A stretch of DNA of 63,961 nucleotides, filler included, from Phoronis australis (lineage: Eukaryota; Animalia; Phoronida): NCBI GenBank assembly GCA_002633005.1. It is 3 parts of 3 records of this genome, joined end to end, with 100 filler letters (N's around TTAATTAATTAA, not from the genome) between each part and the next. Parts side by side here need not be neighbours in the genome. Positions count along the whole stretch, not along the records: positions 1 to 21,536 come from NMRA01001410.1; 2 more parts are not named here. One strand, written 5' to 3'. The notes under the pieces are model-generated. The model did no database searches, had not been told where the DNA came from, and saw only the letters and a program-made list of their open reading frames with translations. The translations under genes were made by a program, and so were the position numbers. Shown here piece by piece: positions 1 to 11,780 of the stretch; position 1 is the stretch's first letter, and each line of letters opens with the position of its first letter.

Positions 1-500
1 AATGCATCTGTAAAACTTAACGATCCACCTGCGAAGTCGGGACAGATGAGCTCTAGCTCGTCCTAAGTCGGGATTGCGAGTTGCCATGTTGGCGTTTATT
101 ACTGAGCGTTCTGTTTCAAAATGAATTATTCTCACCCTAACCAATACTTATATAAAACTGAAGCAAAGTCTGTCTCATTAGATGCAGTTGTAATGCCTTT
201 GGAGTGTTCGTGAGTGCAAATGATTTGAGAAGCCAGCAATGAATAAATCACTCCGTTACCGGCGTTTGGTGCAATAAAACTAATTGACGGGACACCAAGG
301 TCGTGTGAGCTCATGCTAATTTAGTGTTTGCTGGCAGAAACTGTTGTGAGACAACTCGATTTCCATCCCACGGCCAGGTGTTAAGGGAATCTTTATTTAC
401 ATTTACATTACTCAAATAATGATTGTCAATGTACACCTTCAGCCCTGACGGCGCTGTGGCCAAAGCGGAACCTGAATTCGCACGGCCCCTGACGAGTAAG

Positions 501-977
501 CAGTTTCGTGGCTAATTCACCAACATAATCGCGTGCACATTACTTTGGCTCACTATAGTATAGTATTTTCTTGACAGGAAGTTTAGTTTCCACTGAACTT
601 TGGTTGGTTTATGTTCGTGATGTCTAATCAGTTTCCGAGCCACTGGCCGGGATAACGAGTCAAATAACAATAAATCCGTAAGAGCGAAATAAAACAACAC
701 GTTTTCATAAGAACTCGATGTATTTTTAAGGGTTTTACATCGAAGTTTGATGATTTATTGGTGTTAAACGATGACTTCAAGCGATAAGCTGACACCAGTA
801 ACCCGTGTTGTGAACTGCTGAACAGACTGCGTGTGAAACTAATGACGTCATTGGATAATTTCAACACTTCCGTCTGCCGTCAGGTGTCAGGTAACGCAAC
901 CGTGCGTGTCGTTATGGAGTAGAACTGCTCGATCTAAATTGATACAAATTAGGTTGTTTTTTGGGTGGCATGCTCCT
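501..977 (-). mobile_element. Non-autonomous DNA transposon end, Kolobok-like (TTAA|AGGAG terminus), copy 1
   Basis: Reverse complement aligns by eye with 20733-21391. It ends ...CTCCT|TTAA at 977/978-981, matching TTAA|AGGAG at 20729-20737. A purine-purine terminus at a TTAA target is the Kolobok pattern. Confidence 0.6.
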
Positions 978-2010
978 TTAATCTCAAGGCTCACTACTCC
1001 AAATGTTCACTACAATAAAATGTATGAAATTTGTGACTGAGGTGTAATTTTCAGACACCCATATGCAAAACTACACATTTCGGTTAAGACGCAGCGGCAT
1101 AACTAGTAATGATACTGAGAGCAACACCCGGGTGATTAAGAAACTTTAACTGTGTGGGTTTCTTGCGCATTTTGAAAGTGGGCTCCAAAGCATTTCTTAC
1201 GGAAAAATAAATGCGTACTTGCATTTTGTAAAGAATAAGAAGTAAGAATATTCATGAATTATCGACCACGTTACATTCACCAAATCTATGTCAAGATAAC
1301 ATCAATTCACATCGTGACTGAAAATTTTATCGGCAGTGTTTCAACCTCACCCACCGTATCGGAAACGCGCATGGCCAGATCGGAACTAAACGTAGTAGGT
1401 TACGCTATCCCTGCCAGGTTTCACCAAGTCCGAGAGTCACATCCAGTCTTCCCAAATATAAAGCCATTCGTAAGTCGCCGTATCCCTGACATGAAAAACC
1501 CCCGTGCTCCCGATGTCGTCCCTGGTTTTAGAATGAGTCGTTTTGGATTCAAAAATCGCGATTGTGAATTATTGGAATTGAGTTCATTTGCAAACAATGA
1601 AACCATTAATTTGAATATTATTCATTTTTGTACACCATTTAAGTGGTTACTTAATGGACACAAATACAATAGTTATGAATGTCAGTTCTGCCTCATTGTC
1701 AAACATTAAGCGTAGTAAACTGTCGGACTTGTACAAAATGGTTTCGCAATAGTGAGCCTAACGAGTAATTTTAAGTAATTTTGGAAATCTCTTCTATCAA
1801 GTTTGTTGCCCGTATGAAGACTCCAAGGTTGTGCATCATTGACAATAATTTACTAGAGAATAATATTCTTGGTTGACAAAAGATTTTTATCGGGTCTAAA
1901 GACATAAAATATGCCAATGAAATGAAGTGACGTTGCTCTTTCCTAAATATTGAATGGCATAACTATTTACGATTATTACATGTTCTAGAGTTGTTACTGG
2001 CTTTACGTAC

Positions 2011-2256
2011 CCTTTTTGCAAACAGGAATGTAACAGTGTTCCCATCCCCCAGTGACTGGAACACACCATGGACCTTTAGTATCTTTATCGTTAACAGTAT
2101 TACGACAGTAGTTCATGGTGAATTGGCGTGGGTAGTTTTTACTGAAGTAGTCACTTTTGTATTCAGACCATGGCTTGCATGCAGCATTTGATTGCGTAAC
2201 GTTGATGCGCCCCCTGTAGGTGCTTCCTTTAACTCCGTCATCATCCAGGCAATCAC
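2011..2256 (-). CDS. Kringle-domain exon (phase 1-1) of an unidentified multi-exon extracellular protein gene
   Basis: cag|GT GAT TGC ... AAG G|gtacgt, 246 nt. Encodes DC..G.TYRG.INVTQS..ACKPW...NYCRN...GPWC....WEHC.IPVC with all six kringle cysteines. Confidence 0.85.
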
Positions 2257-2635
2257 CTGCAATATATCGCAAAGCGCACACCTAGAAAACTACATGGGGT
2301 TTGGCTCATTGTGGGTCGATGCCTAAACTGATTGGTGAATCTGCGAAGCGTACCGTTGAACCACGTGACTTTTCCCCCGGATGTGAATTTGAATTTCAGA
2401 AAATTGACCACCCAATTTTGACGAGAAACAAGGCATAATATCAAACCATGGAGGACGAAAACAGAAAAAGGAACGCCAGCACCGAAAGAACTGCATTAAA
2501 TGTGATTTCTAAGAAGATGACGAAAACTACACTGGATTTTAGAATTATTACCCCCAGTCCGTGAGGCAGATCGCAGTACCTGTGAAAGGGATCCTGAAAT
2601 CCTGAGGTTTCAAAAGGCACTAACATCGCCCGAAG

Positions 2636-2787
2636 TGATCGAAACTTTGAGAGAGCAACTGATAGATCTTGCCCTAAGTGAGATTAAGAGCTTCTATGAA
2701 TCTAAACAAAAGGAAAAGGGCGACCAGATTCATGACCTCAAGGTGCAAGTGAGTGACCTTCAAAATAGTGTGGACAGTCTCGAGCAG
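2636..2787 (+). mobile_element. LINE ORF1 fragment (coiled-coil part), 5' half of an interrupted element
   Basis: ...QIHDLKVQVSDLQNSVDSLEQ is the coiled coil that precedes the LEQxSRRxNxxIxG motif of L1/CR1-type ORF1. The protein resumes at 5727. Confidence 0.65.
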
Positions 2788-2789
2788 CG

Positions 2790-3636
2790 CCCACGAATGC
2801 ATCGCAAATGGTGTGCTTTTAAGGTTGCTTATTTGTGTCATAAAATAGGCATTAGATGGCGCAAAAACATTCAATTCGTCCAAAATGGAACATGTCATTG
2901 CTCCTTTAATAGAAAGCTATACACCAAATTTCATAGAAATCCGTCACAGAACTTCAGAGAAACAATGGGAAACAGAATACAATGAAATTGCCACTAGGGG
3001 GCACAGTGTTCATTGGATCCGCCTGAAAGTCGTCATTGTCTGTTGTTCGCTTCATATAAATCTACTAACTAAACTTAGTAAAGATCCTACAGTGGGTTTA
3101 GGAAATACAGCTATGGGCGAAAATAAACTGCCACTAGGAAGCGCCACAGTATTCGAAGTCATCGGAAAATCACCGTCAGCCGTCCACTTCATAGTAAAAA
3201 CATACATAACAATTTTCACAATTATCTTGAAAGCTGTTTGGTTGATAGAGGGGTGGACGTCAAAAACAGAATTGAAAACAGTAAAAATGGCCACTAGAAG
3301 GCACAAACTATTTCAAATCCATCTGAAAATGGAAACCGCGTCACCTCACTAACCGAAGCATGTACGCCAAAATTTATGAAAATACGTTGAGGACCTTTGA
3401 AGATACAGAGGAAAACGTAAAAAACAAAATTACCAATAGGTGGAACACCAGTTGTCAGATATGTCCGAAAGTCGTCGTTGTCCATTGTTAACACCATATA
3501 AATGTACTTACTAAATTTAGTAAAGATGCTACAAAACGGTTTAGGAGATATAACCATAAGCGCAAAAAAATGCCACTAGGAGGCGCCACAGTAGTTGAAG
3601 TCGTCGGAAAATCGTCCTCAACCGTCCTCTTCATAG
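2790..3636 (+). mobile_element. Non-autonomous Helitron/Helentron-like repeat with ~140-160 bp subrepeats (5' part)
   Basis: Recurring CCACTAGG(G/A)GGC and GAAGATACAG motifs; homologous to 5255-5726, 23050-23760 and, on the minus strand, ~46560-47035. Family assignment is inference. Confidence 0.55.
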
Positions 3637-5258
3637 ACCCTATTCACGCCGACAGGAGGCGCATTCCAAAACGAGGCTCGCTACGATAGCTCTGTTAGCT
3701 TATCGGCATAGTTCCGTGTTTCAGACCGTGTTGTTCCGCGAACGGCTAGAAAAAATACGGACACGCTACTGTCTGCTTCACAATCTCTAAAGACGTTGAG
3801 ATTCGGAAGCGTTGGGTCGTTGCCGCGACGAAGCAAAATATGTCCGTGTAAAATTTATAAATGTTTTCGAAAAGTTAGATCATATTTGTCGCATGTCGGC
3901 CAGTTGTTAAGCATAATANNNNNNNNNNNNNNNNNNNNNNNNNNNNNNNNNNNNNNNNNNNNNNNNNNNNNNNNNNNNNNNNNNNNNNNNNNNNNNNNNN
4001 NNNNNNNNNNNNNNNNNNNNNNNNNNNNNNNNNNNNNNNNNNNNNNNNNNNNNNNNNNNNNNNNNNNNNNNNNNNNNNNNNNNNNNNNNNNNNNNNNNNN
4101 NNNNNNNNNNNNNNNNNNNNNNNNNNNNNNNNNNNNNNNNNNNNNNNNNNNNNNNNNNNNNNNNNNNNNNNNNNNNNNNNNNNNNNNNNNNNNNNNNNNN
4201 NNNNNNNNNNNNNNNNNNNNNNNNNNNNNNNNNNNNNNNNNNNNNNNNNNNNNNNNNNNNNNNNNNNNNNNNNNNNNNNNNNNNNNNNNNNNNNNNNNNN
4301 NNNNNNNNNNNNNNNNNNNNNNNNNNNNNNNNNNNNNNNNNNNNNNNNNNNNNNNNNNNNNNNNNNNNNNNNNNNNNNNNNNNNNNNNNNNNNNNNNNNN
4401 NNNNNNNNNNNNNNNNNNNNNNNNNNNNNNNNNNNNNNNNNNNNNNNNNNNNNNNNNNNNNNNNNNNNNNNNNNNNNNNNNNNNNNNNNNNNNNNNNNNN
4501 NNNNNNNNNNNNNNNNNNNNNNNNNNNNNNNNNNNNNNNNNNNNNNNNNNNNNNNNNNNNNNNNNNNNNNNNNNNNNNNNNNNNNNNNNNNNNNNNNNNN
4601 NNNNNNNNNNNNNNNNNNNNNNNNNNNNNNNNNNNNNNNNNNNNNNNNNNNNNNNNNNNNNNNNNNNNNNNNNNNNNNNNNNNNNNNNNNNNNNNNNNNN
4701 NNNNNNNNNNNNNNNNNNNNNNCAATTATTCTTTCAGACCAATGACAAATCAACTGTTAGTCCCAGTGAGTGCATAGGATCAGGCTATGCTTGATGTTAA
4801 TATTCTTGATCAACAAATTAAACCAGATGTGACTAATTGCACATGACAGACACCACTGTCGAATATGTCTTCAACTTGTCAACAATACGAGCAGATGACC
4901 TGGTCCGCGTAGAAAGTATTTTGATCAACAATTTACAAGAAAAAACGTAACCCTGTATTCAGCATAATACCTAATCCGTAACACTACGATCGCCGAAATT
5001 TGGTCATATTTACTTTTTATGTTTCGAACCTAGTTTTCCGAAACAAATTAAACCCTTTCGTCAGACAACTCTTTGGCGCCTTAACTTGTTCTCTAATGTA
5101 ATTTTCTACGTCCCCGTGGTTAATTGTCGACACATCATTAAAATTTAATATCCAGGTTGGACTCGAAAGACCGGCTATTCAACTCACGCAATGTCTACTT
5201 TCGCTTTGTTTATCGCAGTGAGCCTCGCTTTGGATCTTAATGGCCGCCGCGTGAATAG
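3637..5258. mobile_element. TIR element nested in the Helitron-like repeat (spans an assembly gap)
   Basis: Inverted ends CTATTCACGC (~3640) and GCGTGAATAG (~5249-5258). The host repeat reads continuously across it (..CTTCATAG / TAAGAACATAC.., compare the intact unit at ~3187-3206). Confidence 0.5.
3919..4722. other. Assembly gap (804 N)
   Basis: Run of N. Confidence 1.
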
Positions 5259-5726
5259 TAAGAACATACATGCCAATTTTCACAATCATGCTTAGAGCGG
5301 TTTGGTTGATAGGGGGGTGGACGTCAAGAAACAGACTCAAAACAGTAAAAATGGCCACTAGGAGGAACAAACTATGTCGAATCCATCCAAAAACGTGGGG
5401 ATATCGTTGTCTCACTAATAGATGCATATATACCAAATTTCATGAACATACGTTGAGCACCTTTGAAGATACAGAGGTCGACGTAAAAAAATAAAATTGC
5501 CACTATGGGGTACACCGGTAGTCGGATCAGTCCGAAAGTTCGCTCGTGCCGTCCCATTCATGAAAGAAACACATGTGCAAAATTACATGAGCATACGTCA
5601 ATCGGTTTTGGAGATAGGGCAGCGGACGCCGGACGCCGGACGGTCGCCGCCCGGACGGACGGACGGACGGACGGGAGGACGCAGATGACTGCATAATGTG
5701 TCCACATATAAATATGTGGGCGCATA
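5255..5726 (+). mobile_element. Helitron/Helentron-like repeat, 3' part with (GGAC)n microsatellite and terminal hairpin
   Basis: Same family as 2790-3636. GGAC repeats at ~5653-5680; hairpin CCACATAT-AA-ATATGTGG at 5702-5719 just before the end. Confidence 0.6.
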
Positions 5727-5960
5727 AGTATAGTAATCTACGGAATCAACGAGTCAGGAAATGAACGCAAAGGGAACACCGATAAAACTGTTAGTCATCT
5801 CGGCAAGATGCTTAATATCGACATTAGTTACGAAGACATATGTCGATCTCATAGACTAGGGCCCAAGAAACCCAATCAGTCAAGGCCAATCATATGCAAA
5901 TTCATAGCTTACAACACCCGTGCGATGCTTCTACACCATAAAAGTAAACTCAAATCTTAA
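5727..5960 (+). mobile_element. LINE ORF1 fragment (RRM-like part), 3' half of the interrupted element
   Basis: Translates SIVIYGINESGNERKGNTDKTVSHLGKMLNIDISYEDICRSHRLGPKKPNQSRPIICKFIAYNTRAMLLHHKSKLKS*. Carries the IxGIxE, DIxRxHRLG and RPIIxKF motifs of L1/CR1-type ORF1. Confidence 0.75.
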
Positions 5961-7055
5961 GACAGGGGCAATATTCTGGCCGGGATTATCCAGAACGAGC
6001 ACTCAACTTACATGTAACATAACAATGGTGTCTTTGAAGTTATCCACAACATCAACAATCCCTCCAATCCACAATGTACATACGATACAAACAGTTACAC
6101 GACCCGATCTAAGAATCATATCACAAAATTATCCTGCCTCCTTCAAAAACAGTGAAATACAAGTAGCAAGTACTACCTGGAATGTTTTAACAAATACGTT
6201 GAGGGTACCACATAAGTAGCAGAAATTTCATAAATTGTTATTTGAGTTTAGAAATAAACAATTAAATCTGCATTTCGACATGCTTAACTTGCTAAAAACG
6301 AAAAACGAATTTGGCTTTGTACTGTATTAAAATTGTTCTCTTAATATCCCTTACGGTTATAGGGTCCCATTCTGTTACCAACAAGAACAGCCAACCCTGA
6401 AATGGCTAATTCGTACATGAGAGATCTTGTACATATTGCCTGTAAATTAAGTTGGCAATGGAAATGAAACCCTATCAAGGTAAGGACGTATTTTATGGAA
6501 GTAAAAGGTAAAATGTATTGCGTACTGTGATCTGCTTGGCCAGATAGATACACCCTGAGTGTTCTTACGTGCTTCATTTATTCTATTTGACGTTCCACAT
6601 AGACACGTAACCCGTATATGAAATAAGTATTTACAGACACGCTCCACAAGGTTCTTGAACCTTGAAACACTATTTTGTCCAAATATTTCAAATTAAAATC
6701 GTACCTGTGGTAGTTGCACGGCCTTAATGAAGCAAAACACAATAACAGCTCTTAGCCTAAGCAGAACGCCATTAAATTTGCAGTATGTGCAGAAATGGCA
6801 ACATTTTACATACTAATGTCATGCTCTCGCGCCATTTTAGTGCTGAGTAAAACTGTCATGAGTTGATTTCGTGACTTCTGAAACCTAATGACTTAGTTTT
6901 TACTTGAATACCATCGGTTGATTTCGAAACGTGAGCAACCACGAGATCTCATTCTGGCGGAAGCAGAAATAGACGTCGAAGTCTCCATTTTCGAAGTGGT
7001 CTTTGTTAAGGACAAATGTCTTTAACTTTTGATTTCTAATCCTTCTGCAGGAAAA

Positions 7056-7417
7056 TAAAGAATGGTGCCTACCGCCCAGCTCATCTGCGTGATAAAGTAT
7101 GAGCCTGCAAATGATGAGCCTGGTCCTCCAGGTTGGGGGTTTGGCAAGGGGTCAACTGCCCCTTCCTGTAAAAATAGGTAGTTACAGAAACACGAAAGGA
7201 GACCCAACAAGTAGCACTTCCAGACACGCATTAAAGTGGAACCCACAGGGTAAACGAAATAGAGGCAGACCACGAATGACCTGGAGAAGATGCATCACCG
7301 ATGACATGGAGAGGTTAGGATACTCATGGAGACAGCTAGAAGGAATCGCCCAGGACAGAACAAAATGGAAATCTCTGATTCTCTGGTAGGGGTGACGGGC
7401 ATTGATGATGATGATGA
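7056..7417 (+). mobile_element. Internally deleted RTE-clade non-LTR retrotransposon with (GAT)n tail and 10-bp TSD
   Basis: TSD TGCAGGAAAA at 7046-7055 and 7418-7427. ORF2 C-terminus RHALKWNPQGKRNRGRPRMTWRR...IAQDRTKWKSL. GAT tail at 7404-7417. RTE 5'UTR-like GGTCCTCCAGGTTGGGGGTT at ~7122-7141. Confidence 0.85.
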
Positions 7418-7731
7418 TGCAGGAAAAGTGAACACAACAGAAGATGATCATTTTATAATCTATGCGTATTTTTAAACTATCGCTAAGCTCACGCATTCCA
7501 CACTTCGTCATATTTCTTTGTGTGTAAAAATGCAAGAGCCATCACGTTTGAGTAGCATTGGTTTGTGACTTGTTTAACTTTTCATTATAATTTAGTGATC
7601 CTAGTCTTAGTTTATCCTGTTAGTAATAACAAGTACTAAGTACATGTATGCATCGCCCCTCACAATATAACAACGTCTAAAGTATTTATGTAGACTTGTT
7701 TTACGAACCACCATTATCGACTAATCCTTAC

Positions 7732-8010
7732 CCGTAACCAAGGCGACCACTCTTGAATACAAGTTCTTCTTGTTACCACCAACCGTGAAGGAATAAGCCC
7801 CAAAGGTATCGGTGGCCTTGAACACTTTGTGCCTCCTCGAACCATTTCCTGCGATAGTGCCACCTGCTGGCGGTTTCGTTGGAATGGTATTTATGTTGAC
7901 ATGTACCCCAGTCTCTACTGCGTCACTTTCAATGTTCACGTTCGTTCCACCGTACACGTAGATCTCACCTCCAGTCAGAGGGATCACTACACTGATGTTA
8001 AACAATGTCT
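7732..8010 (-). CDS. Probable phase 1-1 exon of unknown domain, possibly of the kringle-containing gene
   Basis: ttcctag|AG ACA ... ACG G|gtaagg, 279 nt, open frame (TLFNISVVIPLTGGEIYVYGGTNV...SRVVALVT). Phase-compatible with the kringle exon; family not recognised. Confidence 0.45.
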
Positions 8011-8486
8011 CTAGGAATAGACGGATAACACTTATAGCATCGCAATCAAAGGACTTTTGATATAGACCATTTATCATTATGAAATTGGTCTCAAATTGTT
8101 TCTTAGTTAATTTGCAGGTAATTTCAGGACTTCTAGAGAACTGAAATTCTTTTGAGCTTAAGACCAGGCTCGACGAGTTGGCTTGTTACGGCGTGTCGTT
8201 TTCTACTCCGAGCATTACCAATGGAAATAACGTGCTGCCTGGTCTTTACAAGCTCATAATAAAACTCTTTCTATCTGAAAAAGGAAGAACTTGAGACCCA
8301 ATTTTATAACAGTAAATTAGTTAAATGTAAAATTTTGCTTCTTGGACGGAATGCCCGGGTTTATAATAGCTTCAAGACATGCACTGAACTTGCAAAGCTT
8401 GCAAACTGACCAAAAGTTTTGTACAAGTGGTTACCAGATACATGTACGTTATCGGGAGTGAATTCTGTAGGTAAAGTTTCTTGCCC

Positions 8487-8690
8487 TCCTATATTAATAT
8501 AGAAGCCCCGTTCTCCGGCCACCTTTCGGCGGGGCCCTCTATACTAATATTGGGGCCCCGCTCTCCGGCCTCCTTTCAGCGAGGCCCCCTTTATTAATAT
8601 AGGGGGCCTCGCTTTTGAGGTCCGAAATTCAATTTTTTGCCTATGTCATTTTAATATGAATAAGTCATTTTACATAATAAGCTGTTTTTA
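8487..8690. repeat. Fragment of a MITE family with palindromic CCTATATTAATATAGG subrepeats
   Basis: Three TATATTAATATAG-like units and an end homologous to 59690-59730. Confidence 0.55.
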
Positions 8691-10037
8691 CTCTATCTCA
8701 TGTCTTCAACTGAATAATCTAATTTGCGAATAACATTGCTGTGGAGGTAAGTTAGACTTCCACAAAATGTTGAACGGCTTAATTGTGCCATTTGGTAAAT
8801 GCGTATTTCAAATTTTTTTATATGGCATACCGTTCGTTCTCATTAACTTCATCTGTCTGAAACAACGACATAGATACAACGAACGACATTGTATGAAATA
8901 CCTTACCCAACTTTCTTGGACTTGTAAACGTTCTACCTTTAAAATATTTTTTTGAGTACCTGAATAAAGGAAAGGTATAGTGGCGTGATTTGTTAGCAAG
9001 TGCGCATATATATCTTGAGATGACAGTAACAGTTATCAACCGGCCAAAATGATCTCTCAAGATCTAATGATTAATTAGAAAACGGGGGCAGCAGATTTTT
9101 TAGATCACAAAACAATTCAAGTGAAAAGGAGAATGCGTTTTCATCTTGATATTTAGATAGACTTGAATATAAGCAAATTACACTTTCACTACAAGGTTAA
9201 CACGTAGGTCCTGATCCACACACAAGATAACGAACTGTTTGAAGCTCTTGCGCCGTGATTAAATGATGGGACATGAACCTACAATCTTCCGAATGTGGAT
9301 CTGATGCTCTTCGCCTAGAAAGCAATGCTTTATCATTTTAAATGTTCAATATAAAGGAAATAAAAAGTTCAAGGTATCGCTTGATTACATTTATGATGAC
9401 ATGTGTCACGGGAAATGAGTTACTTAAAATTAAATGGTAAAAGCGCGACAGGTTACGTGTATCCCTAATGTCAGAAGTATGACTCACCAAAGTGTTTGTG
9501 CCCCGTACCGCGCAGTCTTGAAGTACTGCTTGTTATCTATTAGTTTACTCCACGTGACTCTTCTATCTTCACTATTATTACTCCATGGCAGTATTCGACC
9601 GTCATTCCATGCAGCAGTACATACACTAGAGTCCTGAAAGAATTTTGTAAGAAAAGAGTGAGTACAATTGAATTCAAATCAATTTTACCAAAATTCTTAG
9701 GTGATAAATTTTCACTTTCGATACTTAATTGCGTATTGGTAGAACTCGTATATCGCCTCTTAATGCGGACTTCTTGGCGGTGTGAGGCAGACCAGATGCC
9801 ACATTTGCAGTGGATTGTGGGGAATCTTTCACTTGCATGACATAGGCTTGAGTTCCATAAACTCATACATGTCAACTAATATGGCAATTACGTATTTGCT
9901 ACGTGTTTTTGCCGTTTCTGTAGTGTTACGCCGTAGCGCTAAAATGCTACGTACTTTCAGTAATTAATACGCATTTTGCCTGTGTCCACAATAAAGTTTT
10001 CAAACCTTCGCTTTGGCTTTTATTTTTTTATTTTCAC

Positions 10038-10337
10038 AACCAGAAAAGTGTTAGTACCTTGACAGTTTCGGCTACTCCCAGCAGCCATCTTCAGACGTTA
10101 TAAGGACTGAATAAGTGAGGATAAGAAATGCCAGTGCACTTATCGCATTCCTTGCCTCAACTGTGTCTTTATACATCGGGGAGACTGGGAAAGAGTTTTT
10201 AGTCAGGCTTACGATGGGGGTATAAGCTATCTAAAATTTGGAACAGTCCCATCACTACCCCACCTAGTGTCCAATAGCTTCTGAAGATGACTGATGGGAG
10301 TAGCCGAAACTGTCAGCGTACTAACACTTATCTGGTT
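10038..10337 (+). mobile_element. Penelope-like element fragment: GIY-YIG relic flanked by inverted pLTR pieces with minimal hammerhead-like motifs
   Basis: Inverted repeat 10038-10096 / 10280-10337. Internal YRIPCLNC..(frameshift)..YIGETGKEFLVRL. CTGAAGA-stem-GAAACTGTC core in each repeat. Confidence 0.8.
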
Positions 10338-11195
10338 CTCCAGCACATTCGGTCCCTATGTCCCGTCAGCCAGAATAAAAGATATCTCATCAAATTCTCT
10401 TCAAGCATGCGCATGCACCAAATTCGACTATCATTGAAATGATACAATTTAGTACTTACCCAAGTGTACAAGTATGTTCCCCACGTGTCTTCGTTACATT
10501 CTTGCTGCGTACAATTGAAGCTTGAAAGAAAGACACTGGTCGAGTTAGTGCAACAGAAACAGTAACTGTCAATAGGATGAGGAACACTGTCGGTTACAAA
10601 AGAATAAAGTTTATTACAAAGCTTATACGAACCCAACAGTCAAAAATAAATTTCAGTTAAGACGTCCAGTCGTTATAAGATGGTCTCAATTTGTTCGTAT
10701 TTTATTACCGTATGATTTTGCTCTTGCTTTTTGCTTTCTTTACTTTTGGTATGTTTGCTCAATGTTATGTTTTGCTTAAGTAAGTCATTGTTTTATAGTT
10801 AAAACTCTAGATATAATGATTTGCTTTCTGGGCTAAATATTTGTTTTAAGGTATCGTCATTTATATGTGTTGCAATAAAAAACTGAGTTTTTAATAGGGC
10901 GTTCTCGGATTACAAAGCGACACTTGAACTTCGCTGTGTTTACCGTCAATGCCGTAAACATCTGTCAGGCGTATTTGCTGCCTCGTTTTCGTACCAGTGG
11001 AGATCCACTTGTTGCTTGTTGTTTTCTGATTCTTTACAAGTTTTCTTCGGTTGCATTACTCCATTCGTCGTTCCAATGCTAACGAAGTGTTACTATTGTG
11101 CTGTGGGCTACAATGTTTGATAAACTGGACAAAAACCCATGGATGTGTGATTTGAAATTCTTTGCCTTCCACAGATCAACGAGAGACACGAAAAT

Positions 11196-11780
11196 CTCGC
11201 TGGTTCCCTGAGTGCCGCTAGATGGGGCGGTAGCCGCGCCAGCACGCAGGTATCACTAAATTTTCCTCAGGAATTTCTTTTACACTGGCGTTTCTGATTG
11301 GCTGTCAAATTTTCAAAAGACAGCGCTTTACGCAAAGGAAGTGGCACTGGACTGATGAAGCAAGTGTAGTGTGGTCTGTTGTACAGACAAATCCGTTGCT
11401 TAAACTTTATGTTCAGCAAATCTGAAGCACAGAAATTGTGGTTGCGCCTTTTCGGGGTGGATCTTTCTACTGTCGATGACTTTTGTTTACGATACTGTCC
11501 TGTATTCATACAGTATGAATAACACACCAGTTAAATCGGCCAGATATGTGTTTAATGCACATGTATGTGGTTCAAGCACGCGCTATTAAACTTTATCGCA
11601 GAAACGATCAGTTGCTACTATGCCACTTCCATGACAAGGCTAAAAATCGTTCATAGTCCGCCATTTTTTCACGTTGTTGTAAAGCTAACCAATGACTGCC
11701 GAGGTTACACCAACCAATGCTAAAGCGCGTGCTACTGCGTGATACCTGCGTGCTGGCTAGGCACGTAGGGTACCAGCGAG
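11196..11780. mobile_element. MITE with 9-bp TSD (Mutator-like)
   Basis: TSD CACGAAAAT at 11187-11195 and 11781-11789. TIR CTCGCTGGTTCCCT / AGGGTACCAGCGAG. Subterminal IR GCCAGCACGCAGGTATCAC / GTGATACCTGCGTGCTGGC. Confidence 0.85.

Noticed and set aside
1254-1709. 151-aa plus-strand ORF and an exon-like minus-strand stretch at ~1350-1520
   Set aside because: No recognisable family; the minus-strand candidate has stops in all three frames.
3796-4794. Long ORFs in the track (332, 292 and 272 aa)
   Set aside because: They consist almost entirely of X across an N gap.
6355-6439. Possible small exon of the kringle gene
   Set aside because: Splice signals are present, but the frame compatible with the upstream phase-1 exon contains a stop.
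10459-10587. Exon-like segment (signal-peptide-like in one frame, Cys-rich in another)
   Set aside because: Frame is ambiguous and there is no supporting homology.
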